A DNA stretch of 64,000 nucleotides from Antedon mediterranea (taxonomy: Eukaryota > Animalia > Echinodermata): contig NC_092673.1 in the NCBI RefSeq assembly GCF_964355755.1, positions 33,787,648 to 33,851,647 of the forward strand, in the 5' to 3' direction. The notes under the pieces were generated by a model, which had not been told where the DNA came from, did not search any database, and was given only the letters and a program-made list of their open reading frames with translations. Positions 1-12,800 of this stretch are shown in pieces (positions within the stretch are counted from its first letter, which is position 1; every line of letters begins with the position of its first letter). The translations under genes were made by a program, and so were the position numbers.

Positions 1-149
1 AGTTGGTCAAGTATACTAACTTGATGAAAACAAAACTACTGCATTTCTGATATCAACTTTGCAAGTAGATGAATGATACTTTGCTTATCAGGAAATTGGT
101 TAAAATCTACATAAATAACAGCATCCTGTTTTATGCTTGTTAGCTTTCA

Positions 150-500
150 AGATTTACAAATGTTCGCAGTAAATAATTCTAGTGAATCGAAATGTTCGCA
201 AGACAAAAAATAATTTATGATTCTAATATTGGCAGTAAATAGTTTTAATAAATCTAATGTTTTAATAATTAAAATAATTATAATGAATGTAATGTTAGCA
301 GTAAATTTTAATAAATAACAAATCTCGCCAAAAAAATAGTTTTAATGGAACTAAAGTTTGCAGTAAATAATTTTAATGAATATAAAGTTTGCTGTAAATA
401 ATTTTAATGAATATAAAGTTTGTAGGAAACTATTTTAATGAATCTAATTTTTCCTGTAAATAATTTTTATGAATATAATGTTCACAGTAAACAATTTTTG
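150..500. repeat. Degenerate ~33 bp AT-rich tandem repeat
   Basis: Recurring AATGTTCGCAGTAAATAATTTTAATGAATATAA-like unit, about 10 diverged copies. Confidence 0.7.
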
Positions 501-2030
501 TAGAATTTCTGAAATAAATAAATTTAAAGTAAAGTTTTGACAATCAAGACCGGAATCAATTGAGGTTTTCTTTTTGTGGTTTTTTGAAAAGACTAATTTT
601 TGTTGGCGAGTTCAACCGTATTCTCTCGTTCTTTTATTCATTACAAAATATTTGTTCAATGCATTATAGTTAGACAATAAAACAAGCACAATATCAATAT
701 CTCACTGATATAAAACAAAGTCAAAATGACATTTAAAAAAGAAAGCAAACAAGCATTTTTATGTCTGACTCATCTGAACGCAAACGTTTGCCAAGACAAA
801 AGAAATATGTAACTGTTACTGTTCTCGATATGATAGTTAAATTATTTTCTCCTCCAGATTTTCGATTGAAGTTGTGGAGTTCTGTTTACATACATTATAT
901 TTATTTAACTACTGTAAATATATAATAATAACAAATATTTTAGGTAAAAAATCACATCTTCTTGTGAGTAAGATAGATTACAACAAAGTATATTGATCAA
1001 AAGGCTGACAAAATTCAACAGTTCTTTTCAGAACTTAATATATGTGGTGTACCGCAAACTTTATATCACCATATTGATTACATTAGTTTGGAAATGATTT
1101 GCATACAAGTGTTATTCAAAACATTAGGTGGTAAAAAAATGCTTTTGGGCACAAACCATTTAAAAACTGTTCATTATAGTATGATTCATCTTCTGACTAT
1201 CTAATAAACATCTGAAACTGTGCAAAACTTTTCAATTCTATTTTCACTTGTTACAATCATCATGTGCTGAGATACAAAAATCAGCTGAGCTTTGTTTACA
1301 AGTGTTGTATGACCTCTTAAGGTCAGCTACAGTTTCCCATGATGCAAGTTGGACTACAAATGGCATACAAAAATAAGAATAAGTAAACATTGCCAAAACA
1401 TGACACATATTTGGGCTGGTCTGAAATGACTGATCATAATATATTTTTAAAAAATATAAAATAATTTTGGGAAAGTTTTAGAAAACTATTATGACTATAA
1501 TTAATAAAATAATTAAAGACACCTAAAACAATAATTTAAAAAATGTTATGTAATATTGTATACACCAGTAAGAATATGTAATTGTATGTTGCAGTGATGT
1601 CTAAGTGTAAGTAATTAGCCACAGCTGTATCAGCTATAGATTGTATAACTTGATAACTAAGAACCTGTTACGCCAAGCCACACATAAATGTTTTCACTTT
1701 GAAATGTTTTCTAATAAATTGAATGTTAAGAAAGAAGACTGTCAAGATGCGAAAAAAAAATCACATACAAAAAAAAGAGATGGGGTAGTAGAATAAAACT
1801 GATTTCTTCTCAAAATCAGTTTAAAATGGAAGAAGGTTGGGATATAGAATAGATTTTTTAGTTATAGGGAAATAGAATAGATTTAAATATAGAAATCCAA
1901 CAACACTTTTTGTTTAAATGTGTGTTCAAGTAAAAGAAGATGAGAAATGTAACCACAATTGTTTGAAGAGGGTGCAGAAAATAAAAACACAGTTGTTAAA
2001 ATAGAAGAAAAGCAAATTAAAACATATTTT

Positions 2031-2238
2031 AATTTGTTTGTGCGAATCAAAAGCGTCAGCGTTTCTTGAGTTTTTCACTTCAGCGAAATTGTTAGTTTGA
2101 ATTGAACTGCACAACCAATCAGAGCTCAGGAAATGAGCTATGATGCGTTCATGCGCACATGAAAATCACAGCTATTCGCTCTTCTCTGTGAAACGTTGGA
2201 TTCACGCAAACAAATTCGCCTAGTGGAAAATTGGTTTT
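2031..2238. mobile_element. Degenerate MITE-like foldback element
   Basis: AATTTGTTTGTGCGAATC (2031) is an imperfect inverted repeat of GATTCACGCAAACAAATT (~2199-2216); higher GC than the flanks. Confidence 0.4.
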
Positions 2239-3821
2239 AGATGAGGAGAGAAGTACAATTATTATAAAATGATGTATCAGATTTTAGCTACTGTGGGTAC
2301 TTTAAATGTATACAATTTTATTGTGTTATATTTTATTGAATGCAAACTAACCATTTTTTGTATTGAAATTGTTGAATCTCAGTGACATGGATAATTCCTC
2401 ACATTCTAACAGTTTCAACAACTGCAGTTCCTTTGGCCAAGGACATAACTGAATTATGACATTTGCAAAATCTCAAGACAATTTGCAAGCTGAACAAAAA
2501 TTGGTTTAATTTAATCTGTAATACTAAAACCTACAGTTTAAAATTTTAAATATTGTCTTCATCTTTTACTTTATAACGATTCAATAGACTTTATATCTTT
2601 ATTATTTTATTTTTTCATATTTCAAAAATATTTGTTATTTTGATCATTATTTTTGATGATTTAGACTACTTAGGTTTACTTTGGCCTTAGCTGTTTAGGG
2701 GATGTCAGGCAACATATTTAACAACTTTCCTTCACGTGTCTCTGTCCTTCACCATCCTCAGTGTCTGATTTAGAGAGTATTTGAAAATTGTTATTAAAAC
2801 ATTTTATGTACTTTTTAAATTAATGTAGATAATGCTTTTTCTTCAAGAGGTGTATTTGGAATAAATAAATAAAATCAATGTTTCATCCAACACTATACAA
2901 GTAAAATCTACACGTGTGCTTTCTCTATAGTAATGCATTTTAAAATGATATGTTTTGTATTAAATTATTTTTAACACCGCTGTGGCACTTTTCCAGTTAT
3001 TTACAGTACTTGAATTCAACTTTTTTCAGCCATAGTTTATTGGTAAATAACACAACAGAGAGACATATATTGCTATTATACCTTAACATTTAATTCAATA
3101 TTTAATGGATTTTGACAACTAACAAATGTTATGTTGTTTGGGCATGATTTAAAATTGAGAAAATCTGTTACTATAACTGTAGTTGTTATTTAGGAATAAG
3201 CTAATATAGGTACACATGCTTTTTAAAGAGGAATCAAAGTAGCATCTTGTATTGTTTTTGTAGCGTTAATTTAGCTCAACATACACTTAAATTTTTTATG
3301 CAATTTCAATTATTTATATCCAAATATTATTATTTTATTAATCAAATGTTATGCTAAATATATAAAACATATTGTCTATTTTTATTCTTGTGTTTAAAAC
3401 AAACAAAAAAATCAAACTGTTCCAAAATAAATGTTTATAAATCATATTTCCTGTCGGCGATTTTTTGTGGTTCATTAGAGAAATTATAACATACCGACGC
3501 CATTGTTCTTAATTATGAAATATGTTTTCTAGTAAAAATTTAATGAAACAACTGCTGTCTAATACTGTAAAAACACTGATATATTAATATTTGTTCTGTG
3601 CAATTAATTTCTCGCAACAAACACTAACAAAATAAAGTTCTTGTTTAATGAAATTATTTTGAGAATTTGTTAGTAAAAACTCAACAAAATCAAGTTAAAC
3701 ATGTAGTTGGAATTAGTATTTGAAATCCTTGCCTTACAAGTTGGTCTGCTTGAGGAACTATCACAACACTGATGAATTTAAAAATCTGATGTGCTGAATC
3801 CAGATGTTAATGAAGACTGGT

Positions 3822-6800
3822 TTATCTCCATCCAGAGAAAGAAGGTCTGCAGAAAAATACAATTAATTATTTACAAATATTAATTTGTTGAAATACTATT
3901 TATATAACATTTTAATTGATATAGAAAAACAACATCTCCTAATTATAATCGTTTTAATTACAACCACTAAAACTATTACTTCAATTCAATATCTATTCTT
4001 TCAATTGAAAAAGATAACAATTAAAGAAAATGAAGATTAACAATTGACTTACGAGCTTCCTTGAGTGTTGTTTCCAAATGGACTGCCACCGCCACCACCT
4101 CCACCTCCACCACCAAATGGACTGCCACCACCGCCACCACCAAATGGACTAGTAGCGGGAGCACCAAAAGCATCTTGTTAAAGAAATAAACATCAAAATA
4201 AATTAATATATTACAGTAATATATAAATAGAACTAGACACCTCTTTTCTTTGTATTTTAAAATGTTGATAAATAGGCATGTACACTTACTAGAAGCACCA
4301 AAAGCAGGTGTTTGATTCTGTTGACCAAAACCAGCACCAAATGCTGAAGGCTGGTTGTTAGAGCTCATAGCTGCAAAACTTGCTGTTCCTTGGTTTGCTA
4401 TGTTACCAAAGCCAACCGAATCATTACTTGCAAATCTGACAAAAAGACAGCAAAACTCTTTTTTTTTAAATTGTATAATAAACATTAAGTACTCAACAAT
4501 TGTTATCCATTGTAGTAAGTACCTTTATTATTACTGTTGTTACCATGTGATCAAATTAGGTGACAATTACACATGGGGTTTGAGGTGAGATCTACTGTAT
4601 GGCTCCAATTTAAATATTAAAAATACATTGTATAAAGTCATTGATTGTGAGAAAACTTTACTAATAATTTCTTTCATTACTTTACATTCATTTTCATCAG
4701 CAGTTGCATCATGTTTTTATCTTTGCATATTCTTTACAAGAAGTATATTTCTAAAGATTGACATGTTCAGTTCAACTTAACAAAAATATAATTTGAACAC
4801 AATAAAAATATAATTTGAACACAATGGAAATAATATTGACACGCAAAAAGATGATCAACATCATATTTGTTATTATGGCCATGGAAAAATGAACACAAAG
4901 AAGAACAACTTTACACAAAATGATGAATTTTTACTTACGCACTGAAGCCACCACTTGTAGAGCCGAATGTTGATGCTCCAATTGGACTTGAGAATGAAGG
5001 AGTACTTCCAAACGAAGAACCTCCAAAGGCAGTAGACCCAAAACTTGGGGGATTTCCAAATCCACTAGCACCTTTCACTGGGGCTGTAATAATGTGTAAT
5101 ATGGTTATGTAATGGCTACTACTAAACACAAAGATGTTACAATAGAGAACATTAAAGGCTCTTTCTTTGGCTGCGACAGGGCTACATATTAAAGATGGCT
5201 CTAATTGCAACTAGTACAACATTGTTGCAGCAATTAGAGATAAGATCAATCAATTGATTTTTCCATTTATATAACACCATTCTATCATGGTTATGGTGCT
5301 GTCTGAGTGGAATTTTCAAAACATCCTTCTTCCTAAAGGGTCAGATCATTTACAGGCACAGCAAAAATTTAAACCGCCTGGTGATATACTGAAAATGAAT
5401 TGTATATCAGAAACTGGACCTAGACTAAAACTAGAGACTAAAAAAGAATAAAACCTAGAAAAAATGAATCTTTAAAGGTTGCAAAATTTGAGTAAAGTAC
5501 ATTTTGTGCCTACACTTAATTCTCTGTACTTACAAGTTGCCTGTCCAAAACCAAATCCACTGGTGTTACTGCTAAATGGACCTTGTGAACCAAAAGCTGA
5601 TAACAACAAATAATCAAAATAAATTAATAGTGTTAATGATTATTGTAATGATATGACAACAATGTAACATTGATGCTCAGAATAATGATGATGACGATGT
5701 AACAATGATAGTGATGAAAATGATAATGTTGGTAGCAATGATAATGATTATGATGCTAATGGATTGTATTAATGTCATTGATCGATGTTCAACATGTTAT
5801 ATTGGTGCTAAATAATAATAATAGTATTATAATGACACATATGAAAACAATGTTTGTAAAATATGGCAACAAGGTAAAAATACATAGTAAACGTTTACAT
5901 ACCTCCTGCTTCGTCAGTACCACCAAATTTAGTATCTTTTTGTTTGCCAAACAATGATGAACCTAGAAAAATGAATATGTAAACTATGAAAGATATTAAC
6001 CCAGACATGCGCATAAAAAGAATTTGTATACGTCCAGTTTAGTATATCAAGTAGACTAATTAAAATATCTTTAACAATATCAAAACTCTAGAAACACTTG
6101 TGTATAATCTTAATTTTAACCTTATATAGATACTACCATTCTTGATATTAGAAATGCTGCATTGGGGGATTACTGTTGTATTAAGTATTGTTTATGCATG
6201 AACGAACAATTTTAGCAATGCAATCGCTTTCAACGAATAATTTACCTCCAAAAGCAGGTGTGGAATCTGATTTGGCAACACCAAAAGGATTCACCTTTGC
6301 ATTTTCTGGGTTTGGTTTACCACCAAGACCTGAAAACATACCTGTAAATAAAACATAATATTATTTATATGCCTTATAATTCAAACTATGCATGAATAAT
6401 TGTCTTTGATGAAATGCAAAATAAAAGTAAAAAGATTACCACCACTGCTGCTGGCTCCAAATGGACTGTCGTTGCTTGAGCTTTGTTGAGCCGATCCAAA
6501 TGATGGATTCTGACCAAACGCTGAGGCTTGAGAAGTGCTTTGTCCGAAGGGTAAACTCACATTTTTAGAAGCATCTATAATGTTATGGATAATAAACAAC
6601 ATAGCTTAAAATAATGTAAAAAGATATCTGAAACCTGGTTGGCACACACAACACTCTGTGGTCTATAAAATCATTTGGGAGCTTCCTGTTTGTGATGACC
6701 TAAGACATAATAAGAACTAGTTATGTCACATTAAAATTCATTGCGACAAGCTCCCTCAACAGTGTTGGTGGCTTCTAGGTCTAGGCAACGACATTTTCAT

Positions 6801-9800
6801 TTAGGTCTGAATGAAGAATGAGCTCCAAAGAACAACAATGTCAAAAACATTGCTCACCTATGGTAAATTATTATGAGTAAACATAGTCACCTGAGGCAGA
6901 TGAGAAAGAAAATCCTGAAGAGGCTGGCTTTCCGGTACCACAATCGTCAGTACCACCTGTGCTGCTTCCAAACAGAGAAGTAGAACCAAAGGAGCTACCA
7001 GTGTTTGCTTTGTTTCCAAACGTTACTGAACCAAACGCAGATGAAGTTTGTCCAAACAAAGATCCAGAACTTGGTGTGGTTGGTACGGCACCAGTAGTAG
7101 TAGCGGCAGTAGATGAGCCAACCTGTCCAAAACCAAAACCAGTTGCTGAACTGGTTAGTGCTGCACCAGTAGTAGTAGTGGCAGCAGATGACCCAGCCTG
7201 TCCAAAACCAGTTGCTGAAGTGGTTGGCACAGCACCAGTTGTAGTAGCGGCAGCAGATGGGCCAACCTGTCCAAAACCAAAACCAGTTGCTGACGGTGTT
7301 GTTACAGCACCAGTAGTAGTAGCAGCAGTAGATGACGCTACCTGTCCAAAACCAATACCAGTTGCTAAAGTGGTTGGTGCTGCACTAGCTGTACTAGTAG
7401 CAGCAGTAGATGACCCTACCTGTCCAAAACTAAAACCTGTTGTTGGTGCTGCAGTAATAGCTGTCGAGCTAGTTGTAGAAGAGGTTGCTGCCTGCACAAA
7501 ACTAAAACCTGCACTCATAGTGGAAGAAGCAGTAGTAGCTGTGGCAATGGTACTGTCAGAAGGTTTTCCAAATGCAAATCCACTTGTTGGAGTGAAGCTG
7601 AAAGGTGGTGTCGTGCTGGGTGCTGATGAAGCAGACAGATTGGCAGAGGATGCGGCAGTTGGCTTTCCGAATGAGAAACCACTTGTTGAACTACTTGCTG
7701 TGAAGCTGAACGATGACGTTGAAGATGTAGTTGGTGTTGGCTCGTCATCAGCTGCCAACAAACCCATAAGACTCTTGCTACTTGACTGGCTTTCTGATGT
7801 TGGTGCCACCGAAGATGCAGCAATATCTTTTGCCCCTATCATAAAAGTAATTAATAACACATTTCAATGTCTTAATTGTATATAGTTTTATATAGATTTC
7901 TATAAATATTTTGAAATATTATTCTTTTATTGTATTATTTTTCTGTAATACAAAATAAGTTTATTAGATACCTGTTGGCGCTGTTGATGCTCGAACTGCT
8001 GATGTTTTCTGGATATCTCCCTTTGTGTTTACAACTAAAGAAAAAGATAATCAGGGCAAAGCATGTATGAATAATTTATAAGATCCATGAATTTTAATCA
8101 TGGGGGTGGAGGATTATCAAGTGCTGAAGCCACTGAATCATATTTTTTAGGGGGTGGCCACTTTAGATTAGGCTAAGCAAAGTAAATACAACATATGATG
8201 TAATCTCTAGTATGTCTTGATTGCACTTACCTTGAGTTGGACTACTCTCTTGATGTGGAAAATGTAGCTCTTGAGCCTTGGCATCTACTGACAATGCTGA
8301 TCCAGCTGCAGTTGTCTTTCCAGTTGAAGCAATGGCCGACTTCGGTACCTCTTCTTTAGAAAGACTTGTTGAAGAGAGTGGAGTAGATGGTTTTTGATTT
8401 GAAGCATCACCAAATGGAGAACCAGAATTGCTTGGTTTATTAAAACTGAAACCAAGTGAAGATGATGAACTGGGTGCAGGCGCTCCAAAAGAAAAAGAGC
8501 TTGCGGGTGTAGTGGTTGCAATACTGGTTGATGTTGCTAAGCTCCCAAATGAGAATCCTGAAGTAGATCCTGATGCTAATGAGGCAGACGATGTAGCTGC
8601 TGTTTGCTGACCCAAAGGCTTGGAAAAACTGAATCCTGTATTAGCAACAGAAGCAGTTGTTTTAGTGGATGGTAAGGCAGCAGCTTCAACCGAAGCACCA
8701 AAGTTAAAACCAGTTTGAGGAGATGAAGCACCTTTGTTATTACCAAAACCAGATGAGACTGAACTGAAGCCAAAGCTGGGGAAGCTTGAAGGACCAGAGG
8801 AAGAAGATGCGCTAGGATTTGTAGTTGATCCAGTTAGTGTGGTTTTCACAGATTGTGTGACAGCTGTTTTTATAGATGCTGCTTGACTTGATGCAGGCGA
8901 TGTCAGACTGAATGCAGATGCATCTGGTTTGATGGTAAATGCTTTAGCAGACGATGCCATTGGTGCAGAGATGTTGGGATGAAGGCCAACTGAAGCAACA
9001 CTTGTTGGTTGTGGTTTGGCCAGATTTTCAAGAGATTTTGGCAAACTTGCTGGTGAGAGCTGAGCAGCAGGACTCTTTAAGACAAATTAAAATGCAGGTT
9101 AGTTCATTTATAAAACATTTTTAAAGATTAATGTGAAAAGATTAGCACAATTTAACTAACCTTTGGACCTCGCGTAAATTGCTGAGTTGTTTTACCACTT
9201 GCCATGGCCATTTCTGCAATGACATCATTCAAAACTTTGGCAGTACCTGCATTTACAGAGCTGTAATATAACAATAGAAAATTGATTACAGTTGACTCTC
9301 CTGATAAAAGAACTCTCAAAAAACCCTAAAACTCTCAAAAACAGATTTTCTTGGGGTCCATTAAAAACACATCTGAAATGGCAGAACTATTGTATTAGCA
9401 AAGGGTGTCTGGTATTAAGAGGTTGATGGTTTTTATTTATTTGAGTAGTTTGATGCTAAGTAAATAAAGTACCTTCCTACAGGAGCAAAAGTTACTGGTG
9501 GTGGCATCGATTCTTTCATGCTGTCTAATTTACCGATATTCACAACTGGTGGTAGATCCTTTTGAGCTGGAGTCGTCTGACTGATCATCACTGCTTCTGC
9601 CATTTGCTGGCTGTTCAAACGGTTGACTGCTGCCACTCCGGCAGCTTGGCTTGGTGTCAGCTTACCTTTGGTTGACGCACCCCACTCAACAGTTGTCTTA
9701 CCAGAGGTGGTTTTGAGTGCTGGTGATGTTGGTGGCGGTTGAGCCATAGGTTTTGGTTTGGGTAATTCCTCTCTTACAGCTGCATTAGCTATAAAGCAAA

Positions 9801-12800
9801 TTATAATTTGTTCCGTGATACAGAACAAGTGTGATTATAGTTTTAAGGTGTTTATCTTTTTAACCTAAGTGTGAATGGTGAAGATAGCCACTGGATTCAC
9901 CACTGGGTGATGCAGTATAATAATATTCATAAACCTTTACCAACTGACTGCCCTAGTTTAAGGTGTTTATCTTAACCTAAGTGTGAATGGTGAAGATAGC
10001 CACTGGATTCACCACTGGGTGATTCAGTATAATCATAAACCTTTACCAACTGACTGCCTGGACTGCTGCTTTTGTTCCACCTTAGCTGGTTGAGAAGATG
10101 ACTGTACTCGACTTGGTTTGTTGCCATCCACAATATCAAGTTCTCTGGCTAGATTCAACGGTCTAGCAGACATCTGTTCAGCCTCTTGAACCAGCGGACT
10201 GTTTGAAAACCGGATCGTTTGTGAAAGGTTACCTACAGAAGTAAATCATCAGATTAAAGTTTATATTTGGTAATTTTAAGACATATAATTCCCTGGACAT
10301 TTCCAAGGAGCAAGAAATGATAGACTAGCAAAATAATAATTACTTTTTTTAACTGATCTGATTGGTGTACTGCTTCTTTGTGACAAGAGATCTTTAATTT
10401 GTGACATTTTCTTGGCCGATATTGGGGTGTGCTGCACTTGATCACTAATCCTGGTTCTGCTCATTGACTTGGTAACAGAAGACATTTCAACATCCCTTTA
10501 ATAAATGGATACAAATATAAGTTATTTAGAAAATGTTAAATTAGTAAATAAACACTCTTTTTTTAGTATGCATAATATACAATTATCGTTTATATTTATT
10601 AAAGTGTATTTAGGATCACTAAGAGTGGCAGTACAATAAAAAAGTAAATATAGCAAATGAATATGGAACTTACTGTGTTGCTTTCAGTGAAGGTGTCAGA
10701 TGGATACTTACTGTGAGGCTTTAGGTACAGGTGTCTGAGGGCTAGGCCAAGCACTGATAAATATGGAACTTACTGTGTTGCTTTCAGTGAAGGTGTCAGA
10801 AGGATACTTACTGTGAGGCTTTAGGTACAGGTGTCTGAGGGCTAGGCCAAGCACTGATGAATATGGAACTTACTGTGTTGCTTTCAGTGAAGGTGTCAGA
10901 TGGATACTTACTGTGAGGCTTCAGGTACAGGTGTTTGAGGGCTAGGCCAAGCACTGATGTCATAGGATTGAGCTTCTCGTAATCTTTGCTTCACCACCTT
11001 GAGCTGTTCTTGTAAGTTACTTATGATATTGTGGTGATTGCTAAGAGTTTGGTACACAGCATCTAAAGTCGGTGATTTCATTACTCTATAATGAAATAAG
11101 ATACAGTAAGTAAAGACGTTTTAACCACCTAATTCCAAGGGCAGTAAACATGCCATAGCATGCTACTTATATTTCATCCTTGTTATAAATATTCCAGCAT
11201 AGTACGGCAATATTAGTATATTTCAACTTAGGCAAATGACTGAAAAAACTATGCTATGAAGACAAACCGTACAGTCTGAAATGTAACATTTTCTGATAAA
11301 ATTGTTAAAATTTTCTCTGAACATAGTCTTTCCTAATCTTTCAAAACGTACATGAACCACATGAACAAGTACATCACAGCCACTGATCATAACTCGGCCC
11401 TCTGGGACACCATTCTCTGACTGATGAGTCACCCAGTATAAATAAAATAAATAAATAATAAAACGAAAAATGTTATTTGTGAATATCTATCAAAAAGTGA
11501 ATGTTGATGAATTATTGAATTGAAATGATGTCCAACCGTTTCTTGCGCCCTCGTGAAAGTTGCTGCTCTTCCCACGCTGCATCGAGGCAGGCGTTCACAT
11601 CCTTTAAGCCGACCTCTAAGTTATGATGTTTACTACGTATCTCTTGCATCTTCTTAAGAGTGGCTGGATCAAGAGAGCGGGCTTTAAGAAAGTATACATA
11701 TCGTGGGTCGTTGTTTCTTTGTTCACGTAACTTCACTTCTTCAATTAACGAGAATGCGTTCAATGTATCACTTTTAAGATGATGAATGTCTTCGTTAATT
11801 GACTGAAAAATTTACCAAAATAATGTTTCTGACATTATTATGATAATATGATCAGATGTATAATGTAAAGAACACTCCTATTAAGTGGACACTTTGTTAG
11901 GACCCAAAAATAACCCTTTAATAGAGGTACTACTGTATAGTGTGCTCTCCATTTTGTATTGAACACAATTCCACAAAATATACAGAAATTAAATTAAAGA
12001 CTGCTATTATAAATCACAAGACAAATAAATACAAAATGATTGGTTTACCTTGGTTACTTCGACACTTTCTTGTCTGAATTCAGTAAGTTTGTCGATGGAC
12101 GCACGCAAGTACTTCTTCTCATTTTCTGTACCAATCACATAGTTTCCTGCTGTAGAGCGTTGCCTAAGAGATTTTAACTCTCGACTAAACAGCTCCATCT
12201 TTAAAAATAAAATATAAAAATGGTGATATAAGTAAGTATTATACTTTACTGTTTAAAGCCCAACCATCTGAATTCTTTTTTTATTTTCTTTCGTTTGTCA
12301 TTAAATTATTTTAAAAAAATTCACATACATAAGAAATGTCACATGCATGACAAAAATTATAAGAAAAATAGTTGTATAAATAATTCCGAAAAAAAGTCCT
12401 AATACTGTCTTCCTTCTTGATTACCTCTTCTTTAATTTTTGCTGAGAAAACTGATTGCAATTTTTCAGATCCTGGACTTGTTTGAGTTGTCTGTAGGGTC
12501 TCTGTAGCTGCTCCCTGCTTAATATTTGTAGCTTGTACAACACTGGGTTTAGTAGGTTGTGGTGTGGTTACAACAGGAACAGTGAATTGAGATACAGGTG
12601 TAGCTGGTGCTGCATGATCTTGTGGTGTACTGAATGCCTTAGCCCGGGTCTGCTGGACTCCAAGTTGAGGAACAGTCTTAGCTCGAGCTCCCTGACCTGG
12701 AATGGATGCTACTTCTGCCACAGGCTTGATGACATTGACGGAAGCACCGGATTGTGTCTGTAAGCCTAATGGTGAGAATAATGAATAACAGGTTAAAATC

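Noticed and set aside
6959-7885. 308 aa plus-strand ORF
   Set aside because: Antisense shadow of the Ser/Thr/Ala/Gly-rich NUP214 exon 22; likewise 4355, 8428, 12533 and 12902.
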